A stretch of 64,000 nt of DNA from Bacteroidaceae bacterium (GCA_017507105.1 JAFWBM010000031.1:20265-84264), one strand, 5' to 3'. Shown: positions 18,983 through 29,719, counted from the stretch's first letter. A program made the numbers and translations. The notes: generated by a model not told the origin, from the letters alone.

Positions 18983-19276
18983 TCAATAACACTGTTCAAT
19001 GTTCCAGACAAAGGCACGTATGCCAAGCATGGGTGCATCTTCATCTATCTTCTTTAGGCTTGCAAGCAGGCTTTCTACTATATTGTCGTTTACTATAGTT
19101 ATTATACCCGAGTTCATTGCTGCCCATGCGTGTGTTCCATAATGTGGGTCACCGGTCTTGCTGCCACGTCCCTGCATCTGCTCTATGAGCGAGAAACCAC
19201 GACAGTTCAAGTGATCGAGTGTGTCAATGACTGCATCTCTGTGTGCCTGGTCAAAAGCTATAAATACTCCTTTCAT
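18983..19276 (-). CDS. Small cytoplasmic transporter-associated protein (PG0541-family-like, P-II-like)
   Basis: 97 aa with no signal peptide or TM segment. It lies 58 nt downstream of the RND permease on the same strand and is the last gene before the terminator. The family assignment is from memory of the sequence type. Confidence 0.55.
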   Translation of the reverse strand: MKGVFIAFDQAHRDAVIDTLDHLNCRGFSLIEQMQGRGSKTGDPHYGTHAWAAMNSGIITIVNDNIVESLLASLKKIDEDAPMLGIRAFVWNIEQCY

Positions 19277-19334
19277 ATTATTTGGTTTCTATTTTGTCCC
19301 TGTCCCTATGGAAGGGAGAGGGGAGTTTTAACAA

Positions 19335-22300
19335 CTATTTCTTTGCGCTTATGAGCATCTCTTCGTTCTTGTGCTCATTCCAATATGCGTCGAGTTCACG
19401 TTTGCTCTTAAGCTGTTTACGACGTTTCTTTATGCCAATTCCACCGAATACACAATACATTACCGGTGTGTATGTAAGTGTCATAATAGTAGATATTGTA
19501 AGACCACCGATAACGGCAATACCAAGAGGACGCCACATCTCGGCACCCACACCCTGACTCACTGCCAATGGTACCATACCTAGAATTGTTGTACAAGTGG
19601 TCATAAGGATAGGACGTAGACGGCTACGGGCTGCTCTTACTGTCGCGTTAATAATGCCAAGACCACGCTCACGTAACAACATTGTGTAGTCGATAAGTAC
19701 GATACCGTTCTTAACTACAATACCGATAAGCATGATTGCACCGAGTATTGACATGACGTTCATGTTGGTACCTGTCACGAACAATCCTAACAATACACCA
19801 CTCAATGCAAAAGGAACCGAGAACATGATAATGAAGGGGTATGTCAACGATTCGAACTGTGCTGCCATCACGATGAATACAAGAAGGATAATAAGTATCG
19901 CGAGTACTCCCAAATCGGCATTACCATCTTGCTGGTCTACGTATGAACCGGCTACATCAATTGTATATCCGCTGGGGATTTCCATCTTGTCTATTACGGA
20001 TAGACCGTAATCGACACCATCGCTGAGTGCTGCACCTGCTGCAAGAACTGCATCCACCGTTACAATACGCTCACGGTCTTTGCGCTCGATTGTAGGGGGA
20101 AGCTCGCGTTGTACAACCTTACCCAAGTCTTTGATACGTACAGGACGACCATTGCTTGAATAGAGGATAATGTTTTCGATATCCTCGATACTGGTACGGC
20201 TTTCGGGCTCGTAACGCACTTTTACATCGTACTCGTCACCATCCTCGCGGAAATATGTAGCCAAAGAACCATTGTAGCGATTACGCAGGTATGTAGCTGC
20301 TGTTGCAAGGTTAAGTCCGTGCATTGCAAGTTTCTCGCGGTCAAACTCAACCTGATATTCGGGCTGGTAGTCACTACGGCTGATATTTACCTGTGTTACA
20401 AGTGGTGTTGCACGCAGTGAGTCAGCCAGGCTCTTTGACAATTTGTCTGTAATGTCAAAGTCGTATCCGTAAATCTCGAATGTGGCCATAGCCTGGCCGC
20501 CCATTCCACCGCCACCGCCGCCTTGCATCACATTGCTACGGGCAATCTCGGGGTAGTTCTTTATGTCGGCACGCATCTCGTCACAAATCTCAGCAAGACC
20601 GGTAGCACGCTCGGTAAGTGGTACAAATGACATGTTGAAACTGATGATGTGCGAACCGTTGTCGCTCATTGAGGCAAATGCATTGTCCTCATCGGCTTGT
20701 CCTACACGGAAGTTACAGGTCTTTAAATCCTTACCGTAACGCTCTTTCCATAGTTTTGTAAGCTGCATCGCTATATCTTGTGATATCTCGACACGTGTAC
20801 CGATAGGCAATTCCAGATTTGCGCTTACACGACCATTATCCTGTGCAGGGAAGAATTCACTCTTTATGAACGGGAATACAAAGAGACTTACAATAAATAA
20901 ACCGAAACATAATGTTAAGGTTACAATACGGTGGCGTACTGCCCAATTGATACGGTTGGCATACCAAATATCCAACTTGTCAAGTGCTCTTCCTATAGGT
21001 GTGTAGAATATCTTGAAAGCCTTGCTCTGTTTCTTCTGCAACTTCAGCATCTTTGAGCAGAGCATGGGGATAAGTGTAAGAGCTGCAGCTGTTGATACAA
21101 TCATAATGATACACATCATCCAACCCAACTGCTTGAAGAGGATACCTGCCATACCTGTAACCATTGTAAGCGGGAAGAACACTGCAAGCATGGTCAATGT
21201 AGATGCTATAACTGATATGGCAACCTCATTGGTTCCATGTACAGCAGCACTCTTGGGACTTGAGCCGCGTTCAATATGTGTTGTAACATTCTCTAGTACC
21301 ACAATGGCATCGTCTACCACGTTTCCAATGGCGATACTCAAACACGATAGTGATATGATATTAAGTGAACCGTCTGTAATGAATAGGTATATGAACGATG
21401 CTATTAGAGAGAACGGAATGGTAATACCTATAATGAGGGTTGCTCTCCATCGTCCCAGGAAGACGAATACCACCAGCATCACAAATATAAGTGCATAGAC
21501 AATTGTCTCGGTTAGCGTAAGCACTGTATCCTTTATGTTGTCAGATGTGTCTACGATAATACCTATCTCTACATCAGAAGGAAGGCGTTTCTGTAGTTTT
21601 GGTAACTCTTCACGTACAGCATTGGCAATAGCCACAGAGTTACCACCGGTCTGCTTTTGAACAATAATCATTGCTCCCTGTTTACCATCTGTAAATGCTT
21701 TTTGTGCACGTTCTTGTGTGCTGTCGACAAGGCGTGCAATATCGCGCAGATATACATTGGCACCGTTGTGTGTTCCTACTACAAGATCAAGCATCTCTTG
21801 TGGAGAGTTGAACTCTCCCTCAACACGTAGGGCATATGTGTTGCTGCCGACATCGAAATTACCACCCGGTATGTTTCGGTTCTCTGCTGCAATGATGTTG
21901 CTTACTGTCTCTACAGGGATATTATAGGCCTCCATTTTGATGGGGTCCATGTAGATGTTTATCTCACGTTCGGGCGCACCGGCAATAGATACGGTTCCTA
22001 CACCGTCGATACGTGCAAGGGGATTGGCTATATTGTCATCCAATATCTTGTATAGTGCGGCCTGACTCTCTTCAGCTTTTACAGAGAGCATCATGATAGG
22101 TATCATGTCAGCCGAGAATTTGAAGATGATTGGATTGTTTACTCCATCGGGTAGGGATGATGTTACCATATCCAGCTTGTCGCGCACATCATTTGTGAGT
22201 ACATCAATGTCGTAACCATACTCAAATTCTAGTGTTACAACCGATATGTTCTCACGCGATTGTGATGTGATATGTTTCAGATGCTCTACCGAGTTAAGTG

Positions 22301-22508
22301 TATTCTCAAGAGGACGGGTAACGTTGTTCTCGATATCCGATGCACTTGCACCCGAGTAACTTGTCATTACCATCAAGGTGTTTGTCTCGATGTCCGGCAA
22401 TAGGTCAATTGGCAGTTTCGAGAACGAGAAAAAACCGAATACGACTACTGCTATAAAGCATAGTGCGGTCATTATCGGGCGTTTTACTGCTCCTTCATAT
22501 AGACTCAT
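19335..22508 (-). CDS. Efflux RND transporter permease subunit (AcrB/HAE family)
   Basis: 1057 aa. The N-terminus MSLYEGAVKRPIMTALCFIAVVVFG fits the family, and the layout of two large periplasmic loops and 12 hydrophobic segments is typical of RND pumps. Confidence 0.92.
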   Translation of the reverse strand: MSLYEGAVKRPIMTALCFIAVVVFGFFSFSKLPIDLLPDIETNTLMVMTSYSGASASDIENNVTRPLENTLNSVEHLKHITSQSRENISVVTLEFEYGYDIDVLTNDVRDKLDMVTSSLPDGVNNPIIFKFSADMIPIMMLSVKAEESQAALYKILDDNIANPLARIDGVGTVSIAGAPEREINIYMDPIKMEAYNIPVETVSNIIAAENRNIPGGNFDVGSNTYALRVEGEFNSPQEMLDLVVGTHNGANVYLRDIARLVDSTQERAQKAFTDGKQGAMIIVQKQTGGNSVAIANAVREELPKLQKRLPSDVEIGIIVDTSDNIKDTVLTLTETIVYALIFVMLVVFVFLGRWRATLIIGITIPFSLIASFIYLFITDGSLNIISLSCLSIAIGNVVDDAIVVLENVTTHIERGSSPKSAAVHGTNEVAISVIASTLTMLAVFFPLTMVTGMAGILFKQLGWMMCIIMIVSTAAALTLIPMLCSKMLKLQKKQSKAFKIFYTPIGRALDKLDIWYANRINWAVRHRIVTLTLCFGLFIVSLFVFPFIKSEFFPAQDNGRVSANLELPIGTRVEISQDIAMQLTKLWKERYGKDLKTCNFRVGQADEDNAFASMSDNGSHIISFNMSFVPLTERATGLAEICDEMRADIKNYPEIARSNVMQGGGGGGMGGQAMATFEIYGYDFDITDKLSKSLADSLRATPLVTQVNISRSDYQPEYQVEFDREKLAMHGLNLATAATYLRNRYNGSLATYFREDGDEYDVKVRYEPESRTSIEDIENIILYSSNGRPVRIKDLGKVVQRELPPTIERKDRERIVTVDAVLAAGAALSDGVDYGLSVIDKMEIPSGYTIDVAGSYVDQQDGNADLGVLAILIILLVFIVMAAQFESLTYPFIIMFSVPFALSGVLLGLFVTGTNMNVMSILGAIMLIGIVVKNGIVLIDYTMLLRERGLGIINATVRAARSRLRPILMTTCTTILGMVPLAVSQGVGAEMWRPLGIAVIGGLTISTIMTLTYTPVMYCVFGGIGIKKRRKQLKSKRELDAYWNEHKNEEMLISAKK

Positions 22509-22547
22509 AGTTTATATTTTTATTGGTGTGTATACTTATTGGATATC

Positions 22548-23564
22548 TTACTTTATCACATTTACTTCGATGCCATTGGCAAGTGCAGTCTGTCCTGCTA
22601 TTACTACATGTGCGCCGGGATTGACACCGGAAATAAGTTCATATCTGTTCCCGAAACGGTTGCCCAAAACCACCTTGTCGTAGCTTACTTTGCCATCTGC
22701 GTATGTGTACACATAGTAATCGCCGCTTCCGGCCTGTTTTATGACTGCTGCATCGGGTACTAAGACATGCTTAGCGGTTCCAAAGTTTATAATAGCGCTA
22801 CCGTACATTCCGGGACGTACACGTCTGTCTTTGTTTGCAAGTGTTATCTCTACAGGGAATGTGTGAGTTGCTGCATCGATTGTGGGGTATACGATGTTTA
22901 TCTTGCCCTTGAAGACCTCGTCTCCATAGGTCTCGAACTGAAGATCGACATTCTCGCCTGTCTTAATCTTTGTGTAGTGCTGCTCGCTTATGTTCACCTT
23001 CATCTTTACGGGTGTTATCTGCTCAATTACAAGAATGGGTGTGCCACCGTACATATCGCCATTGTCGTAGTTGCGTGCCGAAACAACACCCTCGATGGGG
23101 CTTGTAAGCACTGTGTTCTCCATACGGTTTTTAAGTGCTTTTTCGTTTACATCAAGTGATGTCTTGGCTGTGTCATATTGTGATTTTGATGCACCGCCGA
23201 CCTTATAAAGTTCGGCTACACGGTTAAACTCTGTGCGTAGGTTCTCTACCTGAAGTGAAAGCTGCTCAAGGTTGCTTGCATCAAGCAAAACCAGTTTGTC
23301 ACCCTCTTTTACGTAGTCGCCCACTTCAACAAGTATCTTGTCTATTCTAAGAGGTGAGTTGGGGATGATATTGTTTTTTACCTTTGCCTCTACGGTTGTT
23401 GCAAATTTGCCTGTCTGTGCAATCTCCTCTTCTGCAACCTGTGCAATCTTTACGTTGGGCTTTGTGCTCTCCTGGGCTGCTTGTGATGTAGCAGACTCGT
23501 TGCTGCCGCATGAGCATAGTATAGCTGCGGCTGCCATAGCGATGAATGTAAGATTCTTCTTCAT
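22548..23564 (-). CDS. Efflux RND transporter periplasmic adaptor (membrane fusion protein)
   Basis: 338 aa with lipoprotein signal ...AAAILCSCG, a lipoyl-like hairpin VEVGDYVKEGDKLVLLD, and a coiled-coil segment. Confidence 0.88.
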   Translation of the reverse strand: MKKNLTFIAMAAAAILCSCGSNESATSQAAQESTKPNVKIAQVAEEEIAQTGKFATTVEAKVKNNIIPNSPLRIDKILVEVGDYVKEGDKLVLLDASNLEQLSLQVENLRTEFNRVAELYKVGGASKSQYDTAKTSLDVNEKALKNRMENTVLTSPIEGVVSARNYDNGDMYGGTPILVIEQITPVKMKVNISEQHYTKIKTGENVDLQFETYGDEVFKGKINIVYPTIDAATHTFPVEITLANKDRRVRPGMYGSAIINFGTAKHVLVPDAAVIKQAGSGDYYVYTYADGKVSYDKVVLGNRFGNRYELISGVNPGAHVVIAGQTALANGIEVNVIK

Positions 23565-23580
23565 GATTGTATCTGTTTTT

Positions 23581-24897
23581 TTATTCTTGTCCTAATACTG
23601 TCTTTAATTCTGATTCTGCTACCAAATAGTCGTATATCGAGTTGTTATATGTGAGTTGCATGTTTGTTAATGAAACCTGTGAATTGTTCAACTCAAGTAT
23701 GGTTGCATTTCCTACCTCGTAGCGTTTTTGGCTTATTGCAAGTCCTTTCTTTGCAAGTTCAACTGCCTGCTTGTTCGATTCAAGCTGTTTGGCACTGGTT
23801 GTCATATTGTCAATGAAACTTTGTGCCTGCATGTGCAACATACGTTCTGTATTTAAACGTGTCTCGGCAAGTTGCCACTGCTGAATCTTGTTGCTCTTCA
23901 ATTTTGTGAAGTTACCGGCTTTGTATAGGGGTATACTCAAGGAGAGTGTCAGTGACGAAGCGTTACTCCAATTAAAGTTGTTTACCTCCCAATTGGTATT
24001 TGACATTGACTGATATTGATAACTTCCTACAAGTGTCAAAGTGGGCATGAATGAGGTGTTCAATATCTTACGTTGTTTATGTAACAATGCGCCTTGAAGG
24101 TCAATCTGTCTCAGTGTAGAGTTGTTTGTGAGGTCGATGCCTTGTGTGGCTGTTTTACTCATCTTTGCCTCATGGTTCTGCAGGTTGTCGTCAATAACCA
24201 AATTTACATCGGCAGTGATACCCATGAGAACTTTTAACTGTAACTTGGCAAGTTCTATGGCATTCTTTCCGCTAATTACCGATGGCCATGCACTGTTTTT
24301 TTGCACCTCGGCACTTATCTTGTCATATTCGCTTACGCTGCCTTGCTGGAACATTGCATTTACTATGTCGAAGTTGATTTCGGCTTGCTTGTAGTTCTCC
24401 ATCAAGACATTGTATGAGTCTTGTGCCAGCATCAATTGATAGTATGCTTTTGTTACCTGGTTTACCATGTCCAGTTTTGAACCTCGGCTTTTCTCTACTG
24501 CAAGCTCCAGGTCGCTCTTGGTTAAGCTCATGGTTTTGTATACGGCTGGAGCATATAAAGGAAGTGCTACCTGAAGTGCACCGTTCCATGTGTTGGAGTC
24601 GTCCATACCCATCTTGAAACTACCCATGCTGGTCTTTATCTCTGCAACCTTTATGTTGTAGCTGATAGTTCCATCAATAGAGACTGTGGGTAATAGGTTC
24701 TGCCATGCCTCTTTTTTTGATACCTCTTTCAACTGAATCTCCTGCTCGGCAACTTTGATGGTAGGGTTGTCGCTCAGTGCTAGCTCGATGGCTTTATCGA
24801 GCGTAATGTGCATTGTCGGCGCGCTCTCTTGTGCATGTACAAGTGTAAATGCAACAAGCATTGCTGCCACTGTTTTTAATCGCATTCTCAAGTTCAT
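23581..24897 (-). CDS. TolC family outer membrane efflux protein
   Basis: 438 aa with a signal peptide ending ...LVHAQ and two-fold repeated helical/OEP-like sequence. Confidence 0.85.
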   Translation of the reverse strand: MNLRMRLKTVAAMLVAFTLVHAQESAPTMHITLDKAIELALSDNPTIKVAEQEIQLKEVSKKEAWQNLLPTVSIDGTISYNIKVAEIKTSMGSFKMGMDDSNTWNGALQVALPLYAPAVYKTMSLTKSDLELAVEKSRGSKLDMVNQVTKAYYQLMLAQDSYNVLMENYKQAEINFDIVNAMFQQGSVSEYDKISAEVQKNSAWPSVISGKNAIELAKLQLKVLMGITADVNLVIDDNLQNHEAKMSKTATQGIDLTNNSTLRQIDLQGALLHKQRKILNTSFMPTLTLVGSYQYQSMSNTNWEVNNFNWSNASSLTLSLSIPLYKAGNFTKLKSNKIQQWQLAETRLNTERMLHMQAQSFIDNMTTSAKQLESNKQAVELAKKGLAISQKRYEVGNATILELNNSQVSLTNMQLTYNNSIYDYLVAESELKTVLGQE

Positions 24898-24918
24898 AAG
24901 TTGCTTTATTTATTAGGT

Positions 24919-25548
24919 TTACTTTATCTCTTTTATGAAATCCTCTATAATGTTTTGTCCTTTTGGCGTTGCTATACCTCTTAGGTAAAATAGTATGAAG
25001 TTCTTTCCAAGTTCATCGGCTGAATACTCTTTAAATTCTTCGCAGTTAACAATAAGTTCCAAATCGCGTTTAAGAATGTATATCAAAACATCAGCATTCA
25101 AGTCTTCTCTGAATAGCCCCTCTTTTATACCTTGTTGCATCCAGGCTTTGAATTTCTGGTTATTGCTTATCTCCTTCCGTTCCCTCTCTTTTTTTATAGA
25201 TGGGTAGTGCTGCAGATCGGAAAAGAAATCCTTGTGTCCCAATTTCAACATGTCGAAGTGGGAACTATATATGATAAGTATTGCGTCTAGGGTGTTTTGG
25301 GATGATTTACGAATCTTTTCTCGTACTTCGTTGCGCATCCTGCGATAAATGTATTTAAGACACTCGGACAGAAGTTGCTCTTTATCGGTGAAACATTCAT
25401 ATATGGTACGTTTTGATACTCCAAGCTCACGGGCAATATCGTCCATCTTCACGCATTTGATTCCTCTTCTAAAAAATAGGGCTGATGCACCTTCTATGAT
25501 GCGTGTACTTGTATTGTCTTTACTTGTCTTTTCCTCTTTGATATCCAT
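24919..25548 (-). CDS. TetR/AcrR family transcriptional regulator
   Basis: The track ORF extends to 25599, but that part overlaps the promoter palindrome. The ATG at 25548 gives MDIKEEK.... N-terminal HTH: FFRRGIKCVKMDDIARELGVSKRTIYECF. Confidence 0.85.
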   Translation of the reverse strand: MDIKEEKTSKDNTSTRIIEGASALFFRRGIKCVKMDDIARELGVSKRTIYECFTDKEQLLSECLKYIYRRMRNEVREKIRKSSQNTLDAILIIYSSHFDMLKLGHKDFFSDLQHYPSIKKERERKEISNNQKFKAWMQQGIKEGLFREDLNADVLIYILKRDLELIVNCEEFKEYSADELGKNFILFYLRGIATPKGQNIIEDFIKEIK

Positions 25549-25568
25549 CTCTATCGATATTTTGCCTA

Positions 25569-25618
25569 CAAAGATACAGCGAAAACTTTTTGTATGCAAA
25601 AAGTTTTCGCTGTATCTT
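25569..25618 (-). promoter_or_regulatory. Promoter of the tetR-efflux operon embedded in a 48-bp perfect palindrome (candidate TetR operator)
   Basis: Arms AAGATACAGCGAAAACTTTTT (25571-25591) and AAAAAGTTTTCGCTGTATCTT (25598-25618). On the minus strand there is a -33 TTTG (25600-25597), a 20-nt spacer, and a -7 TATCTTTG (25576-25569). The ATG at 25548 follows about 20 nt later. Confidence 0.55.
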
Positions 25619-25680
25619 CTTTAATTTATCTTTTCTTAAGATATTTTTAACTATTATGCTTGATTATAGGTTTTATGTGG

Positions 25681-26124
25681 TCACTCATTTAGCAATTTTT
25701 TAAGGAATTGTTCCATTTCTTCGTCAAAGCCTTCTAGAAGATCGTCTGTTATTATATATGTTTCATCATCGACATATAATAAATCTACTATTGTCTCTTT
25801 TTCTTCATCTACAAGCAGGCATGAATATGGTTTAGGTACATTCATGTTGTCCAAACAACCCTCTTTCTGAATCTCCACAAGAATACGGCGCAACTCCTTT
25901 TCTATGTGTTTATGGCAATTTTCACTGTGGAAGTTCTCCCACTCGGTAACATGGGCATGGGCAAGTGTGTTCTCATCATCATCGTAGATGGTGACGTTGC
26001 CATTCTCTGTATTTACCTGAAAATGAAAGTCTGTAACAACAGTCTCTTCTGTTGTTGTGTAACGTTTGGCCATCTCTCTGATTGCCGAACGTATTTGCTC
26101 CAATGATTGTACGCTGAGTGACAT
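25681..26124 (-). CDS. Highly acidic small cytoplasmic protein of unknown function, co-transcribed with secA
   Basis: 147 aa, starting 28 nt after the secA stop, with no signal peptide or TM segment. By my count it has 34 Asp+Glu against 13 Lys+Arg. Confidence 0.8.
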   Translation of the reverse strand: MSLSVQSLEQIRSAIREMAKRYTTTEETVVTDFHFQVNTENGNVTIYDDDENTLAHAHVTEWENFHSENCHKHIEKELRRILVEIQKEGCLDNMNVPKPYSCLLVDEEKETIVDLLYVDDETYIITDDLLEGFDEEMEQFLKKLLNE

Positions 26125-26152
26125 GTTGCTTTTTTTTTATATTATTAATGGC

Positions 26153-29100
26153 TTACAGGTTCTTACCGTGACAGTTCTTGAATTTCTTGCCACTACCGCA
26201 TGGACATGGGTCGTTGCGACCAACAGTCTTCTCAACACGAATGGGCTCGCGACGTACCGAACGTGTATCGTGTTGTGCTGCAGCTTGTTGATTGGGGTCG
26301 TTAAGGTCGGCCTTTATCTCGTTGTAGCGTTGCTGTTGTTGGCGTGGTGCCTGTTGTGCTGTATTTACTCTCGATGGGTCGAGCTGTGGAATTTGTCCAC
26401 GTGTAAGGATGGAAACTGTTTGGTCATTTATCTTGTTTACCATGCTGTCGAATAGATTTACAGATTCCAGCTTAAAGATAAGTAACGGATCTTTTTGCTC
26501 GTAGCTTGCATTCTGTACCGAGTGCTTTAGCTCGTCGAGGTCGCGAAGATTCTCTTTCCATGCATTGTCGATAGTGTGCAACAATATCGATTTTTGGAAA
26601 CTCTTAACAATTTCTTTGCTGTTGGTCTCATAGGCCTTCAGTATGCTCACCGGTATGTTGTAGAGCAAACGTCCGTCTGTGATAGGTACGGTTACAATAC
26701 CGTCTGCACCCTCTGTCTTTTGGTAGATGTACTCGATATTGGGGCGTGCTGTCTCGGCCATACGTTCATTCTTGCGCTTGAAGTTCTCCAAGGCTGCATT
26801 AAAGCATTTTTCGGCTCTATCTTCTATGTCGCACTTGTCATATTCCTCTTTAGTGGCAAATGGAAGTTCCATTGCAAGTACTCGTACGAATTCCAATTTG
26901 GCATCGTCGAATGGGAAGTTGGCCGCTATATTGTAGCAACGATCCCATATCATATTTACGATATCCATTCCGATGCGCTCGCCAATGAGTGCGTGACGAC
27001 GTTTGGTATATATGACGGTACGTTGTTTGTTCATTACATCGTCATACTCGAGAAGACGTTTACGTATTCCGTAGTTGTTCTCTTCTACCTTTTTCTGGGC
27101 ACGCTCTATTGATTTTGAAATCATGGGGTGCTCAAGCATATCTCCATCCTGGAATCCTACAAACTTGCTGTCCATTACTTTTGCGATACGTTCACTGCCG
27201 AACAGACGCATGAGATTATCCTCGAGTGATACAAAGAATACCGAAGAACCGGGGTCGCCTTGACGTCCTGCACGTCCGCGTAGCTGGCGGTCTACACGAC
27301 GTGATTCATGTCGTTCTGTACCTATAATGGCAAGACCTCCTGCTGCTTTAACCTCATCGCTCAGTTTGATGTCGGTACCACGACCTGCCATGTTTGTTGC
27401 AATTGTTACAGTACCCGACAGACCGGCTTTCGCTACAATATCGGCCTCTTTCTGGTGAAGCTTTGCATTCAGTACGTTATGCTGTATCTTACGCATGGTG
27501 AGCATGCGACTCAACATCTCTGAAATTTCGACAGATGTTGTACCTACAAGTACAGGACGGCCCTGGTGTACAAGCATCTCTATCTCTTCGATTACGGCTT
27601 TGTACTTTTCTCGTTTAGTCTTGTATATGCGGTCGTTCATGTCGTTGCGGGCTATTGGACGGTTGGTGGGTATTACTACCACATCCAATTTGTAGATATC
27701 CCAAAACTCGCCTGCTTCGGTCTCTGCTGTACCGGTCATACCGGCCAGTTTATGATACATGCGGAAGTAATTTTGCAATGTTATTGTGGCAAATGTCTGT
27801 GTGGCTGCCTCTACCTTAACACGCTCTTTTGCCTCTATTGCTTGATGTAGACCGTCTGAGTAGCGCCTTCCTTCCATTATACGTCCTGTCTGCTCATCGA
27901 CAATCTTAATCTGTCCCTCTTCACTTACTACATATTCAACATCGCGGTCAAACATGGTGTATGCTTTAAGCAATTGGTTGATGGTATGTATACGCTCCGA
28001 TTTTACTGCATAATTGGCTAGCATCTCATCCTTTTTGGCTACTCTCTCGTCGGAAGGAAGTGAGCTGTTCTCAAGTTCGGCAAGTTGTGTGGCAATGTCG
28101 GGGAGTACGAAGAACTCCTTGTCTTGTGTGCTACCGCTAAGAAGTTCTATACCTTTGTCGGTAAGGTCTACGCTATTATGCTTTTCATCTATTACAAAGT
28201 ATAGCGGCTCTACAGCCTCAGGCATACGTTTGTTGTTCTGCTCGATGTAGTACTCTTCGGTCTTTAACATTCCCGATTTAACTCCTGGTTCGCTCAATAG
28301 CTTAATGAGTGGTTTGTTCTTGGGGAGTGCCTTGTGGCTACGGAATAGTGACAGATAGCCCTCTGTTACTTCATTGCTGTCGCTTGAATATATTTTACGG
28401 CGTGCCTCTGCCAAATATTCTGTTGCAAGTTTTTTCTGTGCCTCTACCAAACGTTCAACCAATGGACGGTACTCTTCGAACATCTGATCGGTATTGCGAG
28501 GTACAGGACCTGCTATAATAAGTGGTGTACGGGCATCGTCGATGAGTACAGAGTCGACCTCGTCGACAATGGCGTAGTTGTGTCGGCGTTGTACAAGATC
28601 GTCAGGTTGCATTGCCATGTTGTCGCGCAGATAGTCGAAACCGAACTCGTTGTTTGTTCCGAATGTGATATCTGCCAAATATGCATTGCGACGTGCTTCA
28701 GAGTTAGGCTGGTGTCTATCTATACAATCTACACTTAAACCATGAAACATATATAAAGGTCCCATCCACTCAGAGTCACGCTTGGCAAGGTAGTCATTGA
28801 CGGTTACGACGTGTACACCGTTTCCTGTAAGTGCATTAAGGAATACGGGGAGAGTTGCTACTAATGTTTTACCCTCACCGGTCGCCATCTCTGCAATTTT
28901 GCCTTTGTGTAGTACCACACCACCGAATAGCTGTACATCATAGTGTACCATATTCCACAGAGTGTCGTTTCCACCGGCTGTCCAGTGGTTGTTGTATATT
29001 GCTTGGTTGTCTTCAATTCTTACAAAGTCGAATTTTGCAGCAAGGTCACGATCGAATTGTGTTGCTGTAACAATGGTCTCTTTGTTCTCGGCAAAACGAC

Positions 29101-29455
29101 GCGCTGTATCCTTTACAATGGCAAATGCTTCGGGCAAAGCCTCGTCTAAAGCTTTGTCGAGCTTTTCGAGAACCTCCTTCTCCAATTTGTCTATTTGGGA
29201 GAAGATGGCTTCTCGCTTTTCTATTTCTGTATTCTCGATACTTGTTTTAAGTTCTTCAATCTTACGTCGTTCCTCTGTTACACATCCTTGAATCCTTGCT
29301 TTCAGTTGTGCCGAGCGTTCGCGCAAGCCATCGTTGCTTAATGCTGTAATTTCGGGGTATACAGCTTTTATCTTTTCTACCCAAGGCTTTATTTCGCGTG
29401 CGTCACGGCTGGCCTTGTTGCCAAATAATTTGCTGATAAATTCGTTAAATCCCAT
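26153..29455 (-). CDS. secA: Preprotein translocase ATPase SecA
   Basis: 1100 aa with [14 protein letters not shown] (Walker A), [17 protein letters not shown] and [12 protein letters not shown], plus the C-terminal zinc finger [14 protein letters not shown]. Confidence 0.97.
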   Translation of the reverse strand: MGFNEFISKLFGNKASRDAREIKPWVEKIKAVYPEITALSNDGLRERSAQLKARIQGCVTEERRKIEELKTSIENTEIEKREAIFSQIDKLEKEVLEKLDKALDEALPEAFAIVKDTARRFAENKETIVTATQFDRDLAAKFDFVRIEDNQAIYNNHWTAGGNDTLWNMVHYDVQLFGGVVLHKGKIAEMATGEGKTLVATLPVFLNALTGNGVHVVTVNDYLAKRDSEWMGPLYMFHGLSVDCIDRHQPNSEARRNAYLADITFGTNNEFGFDYLRDNMAMQPDDLVQRRHNYAIVDEVDSVLIDDARTPLIIAGPVPRNTDQMFEEYRPLVERLVEAQKKLATEYLAEARRKIYSSDSNEVTEGYLSLFRSHKALPKNKPLIKLLSEPGVKSGMLKTEEYYIEQNNKRMPEAVEPLYFVIDEKHNSVDLTDKGIELLSGSTQDKEFFVLPDIATQLAELENSSLPSDERVAKKDEMLANYAVKSERIHTINQLLKAYTMFDRDVEYVVSEEGQIKIVDEQTGRIMEGRRYSDGLHQAIEAKERVKVEAATQTFATITLQNYFRMYHKLAGMTGTAETEAGEFWDIYKLDVVVIPTNRPIARNDMNDRIYKTKREKYKAVIEEIEMLVHQGRPVLVGTTSVEISEMLSRMLTMRKIQHNVLNAKLHQKEADIVAKAGLSGTVTIATNMAGRGTDIKLSDEVKAAGGLAIIGTERHESRRVDRQLRGRAGRQGDPGSSVFFVSLEDNLMRLFGSERIAKVMDSKFVGFQDGDMLEHPMISKSIERAQKKVEENNYGIRKRLLEYDDVMNKQRTVIYTKRRHALIGERIGMDIVNMIWDRCYNIAANFPFDDAKLEFVRVLAMELPFATKEEYDKCDIEDRAEKCFNAALENFKRKNERMAETARPNIEYIYQKTEGADGIVTVPITDGRLLYNIPVSILKAYETNSKEIVKSFQKSILLHTIDNAWKENLRDLDELKHSVQNASYEQKDPLLIFKLESVNLFDSMVNKINDQTVSILTRGQIPQLDPSRVNTAQQAPRQQQQRYNEIKADLNDPNQQAAAQHDTRSVRREPIRVEKTVGRNDPCPCGSGKKFKNCHGKNL

Positions 29456-29719
29456 CTATGTATTATGTTATAATTATTCCAAATTACGTAAATTTCTGCG
29501 AAGATAATCATAAAAAGATAATCTTCCCTCCTTTTTAAAGTAGAAAATGTTATCTAACTCAAAAAAATAGTATGGGTAGAGAATTTTCTACAGTTGGTAT
29601 TGTACAAAAAATGTGCCAAACTTTTTTCTTGTTCTTATAGCTGCTGTTTTTTTGTGGAATTTTTATTAATAATGCCAAAATAGAATTATCTTCGCACATA
29701 TATAAAATTATATCATACT

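Noticed and set aside
20490-20528. Gly-codon run (MQGGGGGGMGGQ) in the RND permease as a possible slippage or phase-variation tract.
   Set aside because: The codons are mixed (GGC GGC GGT GGC GGT GGA), not a homopolymer or perfect short tandem repeat. The reading frame is intact. It is most likely a flexible loop typical of this pump subfamily.
25549-25599. N-terminal 17-aa extension of the TetR ORF (MHTKSFRCIFVGKISIE).
   Set aside because: The extension runs through the promoter and palindrome. The internal ATG at 25548 gives a normal TetR N-terminus and sits downstream of the predicted -7 box.
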